DNA from: a virus
Taxonomy: Duplodnaviria; Caudoviricetes
DNA: 58,155 bases
Direction: 5' to 3' (one strand)
IMG/VR virus record: IMGVR_UViG_3300003690_000009
Coordinates: 1 to 58,155 of that record
Made by a program: the position numbers and the translations under genes
The notes under the pieces: generated by a model
Told to the model about the DNA's origin: nothing
Seen by the model: only the letters and a program-made list of their open reading frames with translations
Databases searched by the model: none
Shown here: positions 6,942 to 15,117 of the stretch, piece by piece
How the letters are laid out: each line of letters begins with the position of its first letter
How positions within the stretch are numbered: the stretch's first letter is position 1

Positions 6942-8951
6942 ATGACGCTCAGGTTCGACCCAGCCGTCGCCCAGTATATCTGGGACGGAGGCTACACCAA
7001 CCGACACCTGCCGAAAGGGGCTGGGATGCGCTGGAACCCGGCGCTGCGGCACTGGTGGACGGATTCCGACGAGAGGGCCGCAAAGCTGATCGAGTTTGCG
7101 GACCCGGCCACGGCGGCTCGGCTCCGGCCTAACGCCACGGCACACGCGGACGCGCTCACGGCCTCGCGGGCCAGCAGCGCCGACGTCACGATCTCTGCCC
7201 CGGACGGCTACACCTACCGGGACTTCCAGCTAGCGGGGATCACGTTCGCCCTCAACCGCGATGCCACGCTGATCGCGGATGAGATGGGGCTTGGGAAAAC
7301 GATCCAGGCAATCGGCCTGATCAACGCGGACCCAACCATCACGCGGTGCCTGATCATCTGCCCGGCGAGCCTCCGGCTCAACTGGGAACGCGAACTGCAA
7401 CGGTGGCTGACCCGGAAGTTGTCGATCGGGATCGCCACCACCAAGGATTGGCCCGACACCGATATCGTGATCGTGAATTACGATATCGCCTGGCGCGCTG
7501 GCGTCGCCGGTCCGATCAACGCCGAGACGTGGGATCTGGTCTGCCTGGACGAGAGCCACTACGTCAAAAACCCCGACGCGAAGCGCACCCGCGCGATCGT
7601 CGGGCAGCCCCGGTCCAAGCGGGGCGGCGCAGCGCACCCCGGCATCCGGGCTCGGCGCAAGCTGGCCCTGACCGGTACGCCGATCACCAATCGCCCGAAG
7701 GAACTGTTCAGCACGTTGCACTGGCTCGCACCCACGGCGTGGCCGAATTTCTTCGGCTTCGCCAAGCGGTACTGCAACGCGCACAAAATTTCGATTGGGC
7801 GCGGTCGGACAGCCTGGGACGTCGGCGGGGCCAGCCACCTGGACGAACTCCAGGACCGGCTTCGCAGCACGATCATGGTGCGCCGACTGAAGGCCGACGT
7901 ACTGACGGAACTACCCGCCAAGGTGCGGCAGGTGATCGAAGTGCCCGCCAACGGGGCTTCGTCTGTCGTCAAAGCAGAGCGGGACGCCTGGGCGGTGCAG
8001 GAGCGGACACTGGGTCCACTCCGGGCGCAGGTGGAGCGGGCCAAGGGCGGGACAGAAGCGGAGTACCGGGACGCGGTGCAGCGGCTCACCGCAGCGGAGA
8101 ACATTGCGTTCTCCGAAATGTCAGCCGCACGGCACGATACGGCCGTCGCGAAAATCCCGGCCGTCCTGGCCCACATAGTCGACGCCCTGGAGGCGTCCGA
8201 CGACGCGAAGGTTGTGGTCATGGCGCACCATCACGATGTGGTGGACGCCTTGCTCGACGGCCTGACCGGACAACTCACGACCGAGGGGCCATACCACCCG
8301 GTCTCGCTGACCGGGCGCACCCCGCTGGCCGACCGGCAGGCAGCGGTCGACCGGTTCCAGGATGACCCGGAGTGTCGGGTATTTGTCGGGTCAATCACGG
8401 CAGCGGGCGTGGGAATCACACTGACGGCATCGTCCCATGTCGTTTTCGCGGAACTCGACTGGGTGCCCGGCAACGTCAGCCAAGCCGAGGATCGGTGCCA
8501 TCGCATCGGACAGCAGGATTCGGTCCTGGTGCAGCATCTCGTGATTGACGGGACGCTGGACGCGCGCATGGCGCACACGATCGTCAAGAAGCAGAAGGTC
8601 ATCGACGCGGCACTCGACACCAAGCCGACGCCCACCGTCCTGGTGGCAGAGTCGCCCAAAAAGCAGCAGGTCGCCCTCCAGGCGGACCGGCTACTCCCCG
8701 AGGACGTCGCGGCAATTCATGCCGCCTTGCAACGGCTCTCGGGGATGTGCGACGGCGCGCGCCACCTGGACAGCGCGGGCTTCAATAAGCACGACACCGA
8801 CATCGGCAAGTCGCTGGGGAACGTCCAGGCACTCACGGCCAAGCAGGCCGTGCTGGGGTTGCGAATCGTCCGGAAGTACCGCCGACAGCTGGACTCGGCC
8901 ATGGTGGACGCACTGACGGCGGCGGCGGATCGCATCAGGAAGGAGGGGTGA
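6942..8951 (+). CDS. SNF2-family (HARP/SMARCAL1-like) helicase/translocase
   Basis: ADEMGLGKT Walker A, DESH, LTGTP, GVGITLT and QAEDRCHRIGQ motifs; ATG 6942 follows GGGGG. Confidence 0.93.
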   Translation: MTLRFDPAVAQYIWDGGYTNRHLPKGAGMRWNPALRHWWTDSDERAAKLIEFADPATAARLRPNATAHADALTASRASSADVTISAPDGYTYRDFQLAGITFALNRDATLIADEMGLGKTIQAIGLINADPTITRCLIICPASLRLNWERELQRWLTRKLSIGIATTKDWPDTDIVIVNYDIAWRAGVAGPINAETWDLVCLDESHYVKNPDAKRTRAIVGQPRSKRGGAAHPGIRARRKLALTGTPITNRPKELFSTLHWLAPTAWPNFFGFAKRYCNAHKISIGRGRTAWDVGGASHLDELQDRLRSTIMVRRLKADVLTELPAKVRQVIEVPANGASSVVKAERDAWAVQERTLGPLRAQVERAKGGTEAEYRDAVQRLTAAENIAFSEMSAARHDTAVAKIPAVLAHIVDALEASDDAKVVVMAHHHDVVDALLDGLTGQLTTEGPYHPVSLTGRTPLADRQAAVDRFQDDPECRVFVGSITAAGVGITLTASSHVVFAELDWVPGNVSQAEDRCHRIGQQDSVLVQHLVIDGTLDARMAHTIVKKQKVIDAALDTKPTPTVLVAESPKKQQVALQADRLLPEDVAAIHAALQRLSGMCDGARHLDSAGFNKHDTDIGKSLGNVQALTAKQAVLGLRIVRKYRRQLDSAMVDALTAAADRIRKEG

Positions 8952-9004
8952 GGGACGGGGCCAGTGGCCCCGGTAAACCACAACGTCCGGTCCCAAGTCC
9001 GGAC
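8947..9004 (+). ncRNA. Twister-like ribozyme 8
   Basis: GGU-GA-GGGA, P1, UAA-ACC-AC, loop UCCC-AA-GU (T2 is AC/GU); overlaps the helicase stop; predicted cut 8974/8975. Confidence 0.88.
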
Positions 9005-9027
9005 ACAACCACAGAGAGGGGGCACAC

Positions 9028-9375
9028 ATGCCCAAGGTCGAATTGTTCAGGTTGTCGGTGCAGGGCCACATTGACTGGCAGAACCTGCTGGACGCCGTGT
9101 CCGAGACCATCGACTTCAGCCACCTGGAGCAGTTGAACCGGGCGGTGGTCACACGGATGCGCGCGCTACGAGGCGTCGAAGAGTCCACCGCTGCCCTGGG
9201 GTTCACGTTGGGACAGCAAGTGGAATTCACGGGCAAGCGGGGCATCCACCGAGGGACGGTCATCAAGGTGAACCGCAAGAGTATCAGTGTCAAGGAGACG
9301 TCCGGTCCACGGTGGAATGTCTCCCCGACGTTGTTGCGGCCGGTCCGCGCAGCGATCGATCATGTGAAGGCATGA
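9028..9375 (+). CDS. Early hypothetical protein with SH3-like C-terminus
   Basis: GAGGGGG RBS; GQQVEF...GTVIKVNRKSISV...WNVSPTLL. Confidence 0.7.
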   Translation: MPKVELFRLSVQGHIDWQNLLDAVSETIDFSHLEQLNRAVVTRMRALRGVEESTAALGFTLGQQVEFTGKRGIHRGTVIKVNRKSISVKETSGPRWNVSPTLLRPVRAAIDHVKA

Positions 9376-9435
9376 GGTGAGGGGTGCGGCCACTGTGGCC
9401 GCATTAAACCACAACGTCCGGTCCCAAGTCCGGAC
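9376..9435 (+). ncRNA. Twister-like ribozyme 9
   Basis: Same core as copy 8, with an identical 3' half; predicted cut 9405/9406. Confidence 0.88.
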
Positions 9436-9450
9436 AGAAAGGATGGCAGA

Positions 9451-9759
9451 ATGCCACCACATCCAGTCAGAAAGGACACGCTGGACAGGCAGATTGACTG
9501 GCTCAACAGCGCGTCCGGTGGAGACTACAGTCTCGACTGGGCCAACGGCGGAGTCCAGATCGCCTGCGCGGGCGGGTCGCACATCGTCTCCCCGCGACGG
9601 GGGACCAAGCGCGAGGTCGACGCTCAACTGCGGGTCATGGTCGAGGCGGTCAGACGCTACAAGGCCCGCATGGCGCATGTGGTGATGCGCTGCGACACCT
9701 ACGGGAAGGTCGGCCGCACGGTCGAACGGATCGTGGTACCCGAGGAGGACTGGCGATGA
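9451..9759 (+). CDS. Early hypothetical protein
   Basis: AAAGGA RBS; 102 aa. Confidence 0.7.
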   Translation: MPPHPVRKDTLDRQIDWLNSASGGDYSLDWANGGVQIACAGGSHIVSPRRGTKREVDAQLRVMVEAVRRYKARMAHVVMRCDTYGKVGRTVERIVVPEEDWR

Positions 9760-10031
9760 GTAATCACTGGGTCATCACGGCAGATCACGTCGCAGCACCG
9801 GGTGCGAAGCCGCGCACCAACAGCAACGCGGTCGGCGTCGCCTCGCGGGGCTACCTCGACGGCGAGACGCTGCCGGTGGAGTTCCGCGCATACGACGGGG
9901 ACGGGGAGTTGTACTACGAGGGGCGGATGCAGGAGGAAGACTTCCACCCCATGGACGACTTCTGCCGACCGAACGCCGGGTGTGTCGAACTCCGATATCG
10001 CCGGGGCACCGGCTCCTGGAAGATACTCTGA
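9756..10031 (+). CDS. Conserved phage hypothetical protein
   Basis: ATGA coupling; FRAYDGDGELYYEG motif. Confidence 0.75.
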   Translation: MSNHWVITADHVAAPGAKPRTNSNAVGVASRGYLDGETLPVEFRAYDGDGELYYEGRMQEEDFHPMDDFCRPNAGCVELRYRRGTGSWKIL

Positions 10032-10091
10032 GGTGAGGGGTGCGGCCCCCGTGGCCGCATTAACCCGCAACGCCTGGTCCCAAGTCCAGGC
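10032..10091 (+). ncRNA. Twister-like ribozyme 10
   Basis: GGU-GA-GGG, P1, UAA-CCC-GC, P4 GCCTGG/CCAGGC, loop UCCCAAGU; predicted cut 10061/10062. Confidence 0.8.
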
Positions 10092-10181
10092 AGGATCTTA
10101 TGCAGGGAGGTGCCATTTCTGGCCTTCCAGGTGCCATTTCGGGCCTTTCAGGAGGATCTTTCGTTTCTTTCGCAAGTTTGT

Positions 10182-10367
10182 GGGGGGGTAGCACAGACCG
10201 ATGTGCGCTTCAGCAGGCGACAACCGGACAGACGGGGGTTGATCACTTCCGCGCTGCCGGGCGTCGCCCCTGACACCAGCGAGCCTTACAGGGTGATCAC
10301 CTGGCCGGTTTCGTGGGGTGGAGGGCTGACGCCCTCAGAGACGCTGGATCAATCCCCAGCCCCCCTC
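10182..10367 (+). ncRNA. tRNA-shaped RNA with the anticodon loop replaced by two hairpins
   Basis: G7/CCCCCTC acceptor, TA, D arm GCAC/GTGC, stem CTTCA/TGGAG, variable arm, T-like arm GCTGG/CCAGC. A 106-nt insert holds two NUGAUCA loops. Confidence 0.55.
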
Positions 10368-10454
10368 TTCCCAAACCTACAGCCAGAGCGTTTACACGCG
10401 ACGCGAGGCGCTACACCTAATCCGCGCACAATTACCTACCGCGCCTGCCAGGGC

Positions 10455-10523
10455 ACTGAACCTACGGCCACCGGATCGACTGAACCTACGGCCACCGGAA
10501 TGCACAGACTGAACCTACGGCCA
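10455..10523 (+). repeat. Three direct repeats of ACTGAACCTACGGCCA
   Basis: Copies at 10455, 10479 and 10508, just upstream of a promoter. Confidence 0.9.
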
Positions 10524-10538
10524 GCAAACCAGACGTGA

Positions 10539-10567
10539 TTGCACGGTCTTGACACGTATGCTATACT
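10539..10567 (+). promoter_or_regulatory. Sigma70-type promoter with extended -10
   Basis: TTGCAC, 17 nt, TATACT preceded by TGn; an overlapping TTGACA lies at 10549. Confidence 0.65.
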
Positions 10568-10630
10568 GCTTAGTAGACGTGAAGTCCAGAATGGCACTCA
10601 CGATGAGACGAACGAGAACGAGGGGGAGCG

Positions 10631-10843
10631 ATGTTGCACTGGCTCAGATTTAGCGTCAGCGTGGGGGACCGTGGAAACATCCACACGGTGCCAGTGATGG
10701 CGCGCGCCTCCGAGAACGACTCCGACTACAGCGGCGCGCACCCGGCCGTCGTGCAGCGGGCCACCCAGCGACTCCTGGACCGCTACGCGGGGGAGTCCGA
10801 CGTGACGATCGAATTCACCAGGGAGGTCTACCCCTACAGATGA
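10631..10843 (+). CDS. Hypothetical protein
   Basis: GGGGGAG RBS; 70 aa. Confidence 0.6.
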   Translation: MLHWLRFSVSVGDRGNIHTVPVMARASENDSDYSGAHPAVVQRATQRLLDRYAGESDVTIEFTREVYPYR

Positions 10844-11130
10844 GTAAAGTGAAGCGGGCTTGCATGGTGTGTGGACGGATGATCTCCGTGAAGTATGCCA
10901 TCCAGAACAACGGTGGTGGCAAGCAACGTGTGCGACATCTGTGTCCACATGGGGTGGTGTGCATTACTGGAGTCGGTCCTACGTATGGCACAAGCTCGAC
11001 CGGTGCGCCACCAATCGCCGGACCAAATTCCTGCAAAGAATGTGGACGCAGGAAATTCCTGGAACTTCACGGAATGTCCGGGAACTTCCCGGAGATTCCC
11101 GCTGAAGAGAAGAGAAAAGAACTGAACTGA
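10840..11130 (+). CDS. Cys-rich hypothetical protein ending in iteron-like sequence
   Basis: ATGA coupling; CMVC, HLCPH and CKEC. Confidence 0.6.
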   Translation: MSKVKRACMVCGRMISVKYAIQNNGGGKQRVRHLCPHGVVCITGVGPTYGTSSTGAPPIAGPNSCKECGRRKFLELHGMSGNFPEIPAEEKRKELN

Positions 11131-11137
11131 AACTGAA
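11051..11137. repeat. Degenerate third block of the 10-bp iteron-like repeat plus purine tract
   Basis: TTCCTGGAAC TTCACGGAAT GTCCGGGAAC TTCCCGGAGA, then GAAGAGAAGAGAAAAGAACTGAACTGAAACTGAA. Confidence 0.6.
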
Positions 11138-11168
11138 GCGTCAGGTAGACTGGCGGCAGGAGAACGAC

Positions 11169-11510
11169 ATGGCGAAGAAAAAGAGATCCAAGAAGATAGT
11201 CCTGTTCAAGACGCCTGAAGAGGTGGCCGAGCACTTGGCCTCGTTGGACGGGGAGTCGGACTACGAGACCGAAGCACGGGTCGCGGGTCAGATTGCGCGT
11301 CTCGGGGCACGTCTGATCAAGAGCATCAAGGCGGAGGAACTGAAGAACCCGCGCATGTGCGCGCTATCCTGCGGGCTGGTCTCGATGTTTCTCTTACGAC
11401 TCGCAGATGTGCCGGAAGACGAGCACGAGGATTTCTTTGTGCTCTTGATGAAAGAATACAAGGAACTCGACAAGTGGATGTTCGACACCGAGAGCGGCAC
11501 CGTCCACTAG
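11169..11510 (+). CDS. Hypothetical protein
   Basis: AGGAGA RBS; its stop overlaps the convergent gene stop (CTAG). Confidence 0.7.
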   Translation: MAKKKRSKKIVLFKTPEEVAEHLASLDGESDYETEARVAGQIARLGARLIKSIKAEELKNPRMCALSCGLVSMFLLRLADVPEDEHEDFFVLLMKEYKELDKWMFDTESGTVH

Positions 11511-11710
11511 CCCGTCAAGCGGGCAATCTGGAGGGAAAGCACACGGTCGAGCACTGTCCGGACCTCGGCCAGCGCCATGCGGTACTCTTCCGCCTCCCGG
11601 CGCGAGGCCGTCAGGGCCGTCAGAATCCGATCCCGGTCCGCCTGGACGTCCTCCAGGGCACGTTCCACGCCACGTAGCTGGAGGGCCGTGTCCCGCGTGT
11701 CGATGTCCAT
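11507..11710 (-). CDS. Small coiled-coil protein
   Basis: Heptad pattern; abuts the upstream gene. Confidence 0.6.
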   Translation of the reverse strand: MDIDTRDTALQLRGVERALEDVQADRDRILTALTASRREAEEYRMALAEVRTVLDRVLSLQIARLTG

Positions 11711-12709
11711 CTAGCCCTGCCCTCCAGACGTATCCTCGTACGCGTTGTAGCGGTCCATCCGGACGTCCCAGGTGGATTGATGCCGCGCCACCTCGAAATA
11801 CCTGAACGCCCCATCCCCCATATAGTGCCTGACCCGCCCCGCGATGCCCGGCAGATCCACATCGCTCCACGGGTATTCAAACGCCCAGAAGGCCGCGCCG
11901 TCATTGGGGTCTGGATGGTCCGCTGTCACCTCATCGAGGCGTGGCTGGTAGAGCAGTCCAAAGGTGAGCCCCCGGTCTCGCCCTTCGCGCCACAATGTGT
12001 GGTCGTCAGTGTCATGTGGCCCGGCGCCTGCCCACCATCCGGGTCGAAAGTGGAGATCCAGCGGGGTCGTGGGAGCCAGGTCACGCAGCACCGAGAGAAA
12101 ATCCAGCAACTTCCAGCAGTCGCCCGACCACCCCCACTCGATGCCGTCTGCGCCCGCATAGCCCGCGCCCCGCGTGGGGTCCGGGAACTCCCACCCCGTA
12201 CAGATAAAATCCGCGTTCGTGCGCGGGATGATGTATTCCGCCCAGGCCACCGACTCGCCGTAGCTCATGGGACTGTCGCCCCGGTTGGTGATCAGCATGT
12301 GCAGCCAGCGCATCCCGTCCTGATGTAGCTCGTCCTCAAAGCGGAGTGCGAGGTCGAGGGCAGCTTCCTTCGTAGTCGGCAATCCATTCCCTCCCGGCAT
12401 CACACAAAACGGGAGGTCGGTATAGCCACCCGCGAGGTATGCCGCCCGGAACCGGGCACGCTTCTCGTCATCCCACCTGTAGTAAAACAACCCACAATCA
12501 GCGTCCCGATCGTCGGCCATTTCCCAGTCCGGACCGAAGGCCAGGAAGTTTGCGTTGAGCGTCCCGCGCCCGCGCACCACTTCCACGACGTTCGTCACGA
12601 CGTCAGCCATGACTTCCGGCGACGGCACGATATACACAGGGACTGGCCGCACCGGCTCAGTCTTCCCCCCAAACAGCGACACCAGCCAGCGAAAGAATCG
12701 TGTGATCAT
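11711..12709 (-). CDS. Hypothetical protein, possibly glycoside-hydrolase-like barrel
   Basis: 332 aa, rich in aromatic and acidic residues, GWE motif. The fold is a guess. Confidence 0.55.
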   Translation of the reverse strand: MITRFFRWLVSLFGGKTEPVRPVPVYIVPSPEVMADVVTNVVEVVRGRGTLNANFLAFGPDWEMADDRDADCGLFYYRWDDEKRARFRAAYLAGGYTDLPFCVMPGGNGLPTTKEAALDLALRFEDELHQDGMRWLHMLITNRGDSPMSYGESVAWAEYIIPRTNADFICTGWEFPDPTRGAGYAGADGIEWGWSGDCWKLLDFLSVLRDLAPTTPLDLHFRPGWWAGAGPHDTDDHTLWREGRDRGLTFGLLYQPRLDEVTADHPDPNDGAAFWAFEYPWSDVDLPGIAGRVRHYMGDGAFRYFEVARHQSTWDVRMDRYNAYEDTSGGQG

Positions 12710-12755
12710 AAAGGGAGTGATCCGTCTTGTTGACGTCGTTTACACGCGCTTGAAT

Positions 12756-12908
12756 TTAGCGCTTTTTTCCTTTGTGCTTGAAGTACTCGACCTGCGCCAG
12801 CCGCTTCTGGGCGGCCTTGCGCGTCGACCCGCCACCAAGGTTCTTGCCGCTCTCGGACCGGACCTGATAGTGGCGCTTGCCTTTCTTGGTCGTGCGTACG
12901 ATGGTCAT
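12756..12908 (-). CDS. Small basic phage protein (not in the ORF track)
   Basis: Manual translation MTIVRTTKKGKRHYQVRSESGKNLGGGSTRKAAQKRLAQVEYFKHKGKKR matches a common phage motif (GKNLG...A.KRL.QVEYFKH). Confidence 0.75.
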   Translation of the reverse strand: MTIVRTTKKGKRHYQVRSESGKNLGGGSTRKAAQKRLAQVEYFKHKGKKR

Positions 12909-12911
12909 GCG

Positions 12912-13121
12912 TTACCTGTTCACCGCCATCGTGCCGCCCACGAACGCGGCGACCACGGGGGCCAGCTGAAGTACCATTTCTCCGATGAATGCGGGGGTCA
13001 CCTCACCCCACGAGGTGAGTTCAGACATCTCGGCTCCGATGAGCCCGAGTGCGGCCATTACCGCGATGGCGCCAACCGAATGCCCGGCGTTGAGTCTTCC
13101 GTTTCGATATACGATGGACAT
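12912..13121 (-). CDS. Holin-like 2-TM protein
   Basis: GGAG RBS; two hydrophobic helices separated by SWGEVTP. Confidence 0.6.
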   Translation of the reverse strand: MSIVYRNGRLNAGHSVGAIAVMAALGLIGAEMSELTSWGEVTPAFIGEMVLQLAPVVAAFVGGTMAVNR

Positions 13122-13274
13122 GATCCTACTCTCCAAATGCAGTCCTGGACTTCGACGCCCACCGGGAAAGGTGGCCTCAGAGACCACCACGGGCTCCACA
13201 GGGGCCGCGACCGAGACGGGCAACGAAGACCCCGCCGGTCGCCCCAGACGTCACCAGGAGGCTGACAAGAATTC

Positions 13275-13493
13275 TCATGACTTCAGTTTAGCATTCCTCG
13301 ACAACCTGAACTTCCGCTTCTGTCCACTTTCAAGGACACCGAGCAGCTGACGGTAGGCTTCCCAGCGTTTCCACTGGCGATCATCCAGCTGCACAAATCG
13401 CTGCACCACGGCACGTTTTGGTGTGCGTTCCACATACATGCCAACGCAGACGCCGAGGAGGGCCACCGCCAGCATGACCACGCCTCCCATCAT
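13275..13493 (-). CDS. Small membrane-anchored protein
   Basis: N-terminal TM segment; ATGA overlap. Confidence 0.55.
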   Translation of the reverse strand: MMGGVVMLAVALLGVCVGMYVERTPKRAVVQRFVQLDDRQWKRWEAYRQLLGVLESGQKRKFRLSRNAKLKS

Positions 13494-13813
13494 GTGCTGT
13501 CTCCTGCCCGGATGCGCTTGACCCACATCACGGCGTGGTCGACGCTCATCAAGATGATCACAGGCGACCCCAGCCACCCGGTGATGAACCGCTCCTGGGC
13601 CGGGGTGAGGGCTTGCCGACTCACGGTCTTGGCCCCGTCCTTCACTTCCACGAGATGGGTCTCACCGCCAGCGGCGGTCGGGATGCCGACCAGCAGGTCC
13701 GGAACGCCCTTGCCGACGTCGGCCAGCGACGTACAGCTGGCCCCGGCCGCGCGCAGGGCGCGCATGATTTCCAGCTGGTTGCGGTCCGTCCGTCCATGGA
13801 AGAGCACGTTCAC
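13490..13813 (-). CDS. VRR-NUC-like PD-(D/E)XK endonuclease (putative resolvase)
   Basis: DRNQLEI...GVPDLLVG...LVEVKDG...LTPAQ; GTGA overlap with the dnaB stop. Confidence 0.85.
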   Translation of the reverse strand: MNVLFHGRTDRNQLEIMRALRAAGASCTSLADVGKGVPDLLVGIPTAAGGETHLVEVKDGAKTVSRQALTPAQERFITGWLGSPVIILMSVDHAVMWVKRIRAGDST

Positions 13814-15114
13814 CAGTCCTGTGCCGCTCGCTTCACCGGGTCCGTCTCGGGCGGTGCCTCGTCGCACTGCCGGAACCGCTGTTTCGACCCATCGAAGTCG
13901 AGCAGCACGCGCCCGGTCGGGCCATTGCGATTCTTCGCGATCTTCAGCACCGAGAGTTCACCCTTCGGGAAGATGATCATCACCACGTCTGCATCTTGTT
14001 CCAATTCACCCGAATCTCGCAAGTCGGCCAGGACGGGCTCCGCTTTCCGGCCGCGTCCCTCGACCGCGCGCGACAGTTGCGACAGCGCCAGGACCGAGAC
14101 CCCACAGTCATGCGCGATGGCCTTCAACCCGCGACTCAAAGCGCCCACCTCCTGGACCCGGTTCCCATAGGCACGGGTCTCGGCAGGCGGACGCAGCAGC
14201 TGAAGATAATCCACCACCAGGAGCCCATCTTTGCCGACGATCATCCGGCGCAGGTCGTTGAGCCCCATGCCTGGGCTGTCGTCGAGTTCGACGGGGAGCG
14301 CGGACAGGCGGTCGACCCCGTCCACGAGCCGAGCATACTCTGTCGAGGTCAGCTGCGCGCTGCTCCGCAGCTTCAGGAATTCCACGTTGCTCTCAGCCGC
14401 CAGCAGCCGCATCGACAGTGAGACGTGGCGCATCTCCAGCGACGCGAACCAGACCTTGGTGCCTGCCATCGCCACCGTGCGAGCCATCGCGAGGGCGAGA
14501 GCGGTCTTGCCCGCCGAGGGTCGACCACTCAGGAGGGTCAGTTCTCCAGGTCTGAACCCGGCCCCCAGCGCATCCAGCGACCGGAGCCCTGTGGGACAGA
14601 CGCGGGGCGGGTCATCGAGCGCGACCAGCAGTTCCTGAAGGCTCGCCGCCAGCGTGACGCTGCGCCCGCGATGCCCGCGCACGGCTTCGCTGAGTTGCTG
14701 GACGATCCCCGTCGCGAATTCGGAGGGACTCGCTTCCTCGATCGCGCCCTTCACGCCATCCCGGCAGATCGCCTGGAGACGGCGCCGGTCCGACATTTCC
14801 ATCACGATGCGGCTGTAGTGATCCGCGTCGGTGGAGCGCGGCACGCCATCGGTCAGCGCGGTGATGTAGCTGGCGCCACCGACACGGTCGAAGTCGTTGG
14901 ACCGGTCCAGTTCGGCACGGATGGAGACGAGATCGATTTGCCGACCGCCCGTGTGGAGCACCCGGAACACGTCCCACAACATGCGGTGCGCGTCCCGGTA
15001 GAAATCCTCCGGGGCCAGTGCCTCCAGGAGTGGCCCGACGACCGCCGGGGTAATCAGGACCGCCCCCAGCAGGGCTTTCTCGGCTTCCAGCGAGTGGGGA
15101 ATAGTGTCAGTCAT
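13810..15114 (-). CDS. dnaB: Replicative DNA helicase DnaB
   Basis: PHSLEAEKALLG, GRPSAGKT, SLEM, VDYLQL, SQLSR, DLRDSGELEQDAD and AKNRNGP motifs. Confidence 0.96.
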   Translation of the reverse strand: MTDTIPHSLEAEKALLGAVLITPAVVGPLLEALAPEDFYRDAHRMLWDVFRVLHTGGRQIDLVSIRAELDRSNDFDRVGGASYITALTDGVPRSTDADHYSRIVMEMSDRRRLQAICRDGVKGAIEEASPSEFATGIVQQLSEAVRGHRGRSVTLAASLQELLVALDDPPRVCPTGLRSLDALGAGFRPGELTLLSGRPSAGKTALALAMARTVAMAGTKVWFASLEMRHVSLSMRLLAAESNVEFLKLRSSAQLTSTEYARLVDGVDRLSALPVELDDSPGMGLNDLRRMIVGKDGLLVVDYLQLLRPPAETRAYGNRVQEVGALSRGLKAIAHDCGVSVLALSQLSRAVEGRGRKAEPVLADLRDSGELEQDADVVMIIFPKGELSVLKIAKNRNGPTGRVLLDFDGSKQRFRQCDEAPPETDPVKRAAQDW

Positions 15115-15117
15115 ACA

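Noticed and set aside
3323-10091. Intergenic repeats as intrinsic terminators or pistol ribozymes
   Set aside because: There are no U-tracts. The pseudoknot partner is the upstream GA-NNNN segment, as in twister, not the P1 loop as in pistol.
10182-10367. Canonical tRNA or tmRNA
   Set aside because: No anticodon loop, D-loop GG, TTC or CCA; a D stem is present and no tag ORF is evident.
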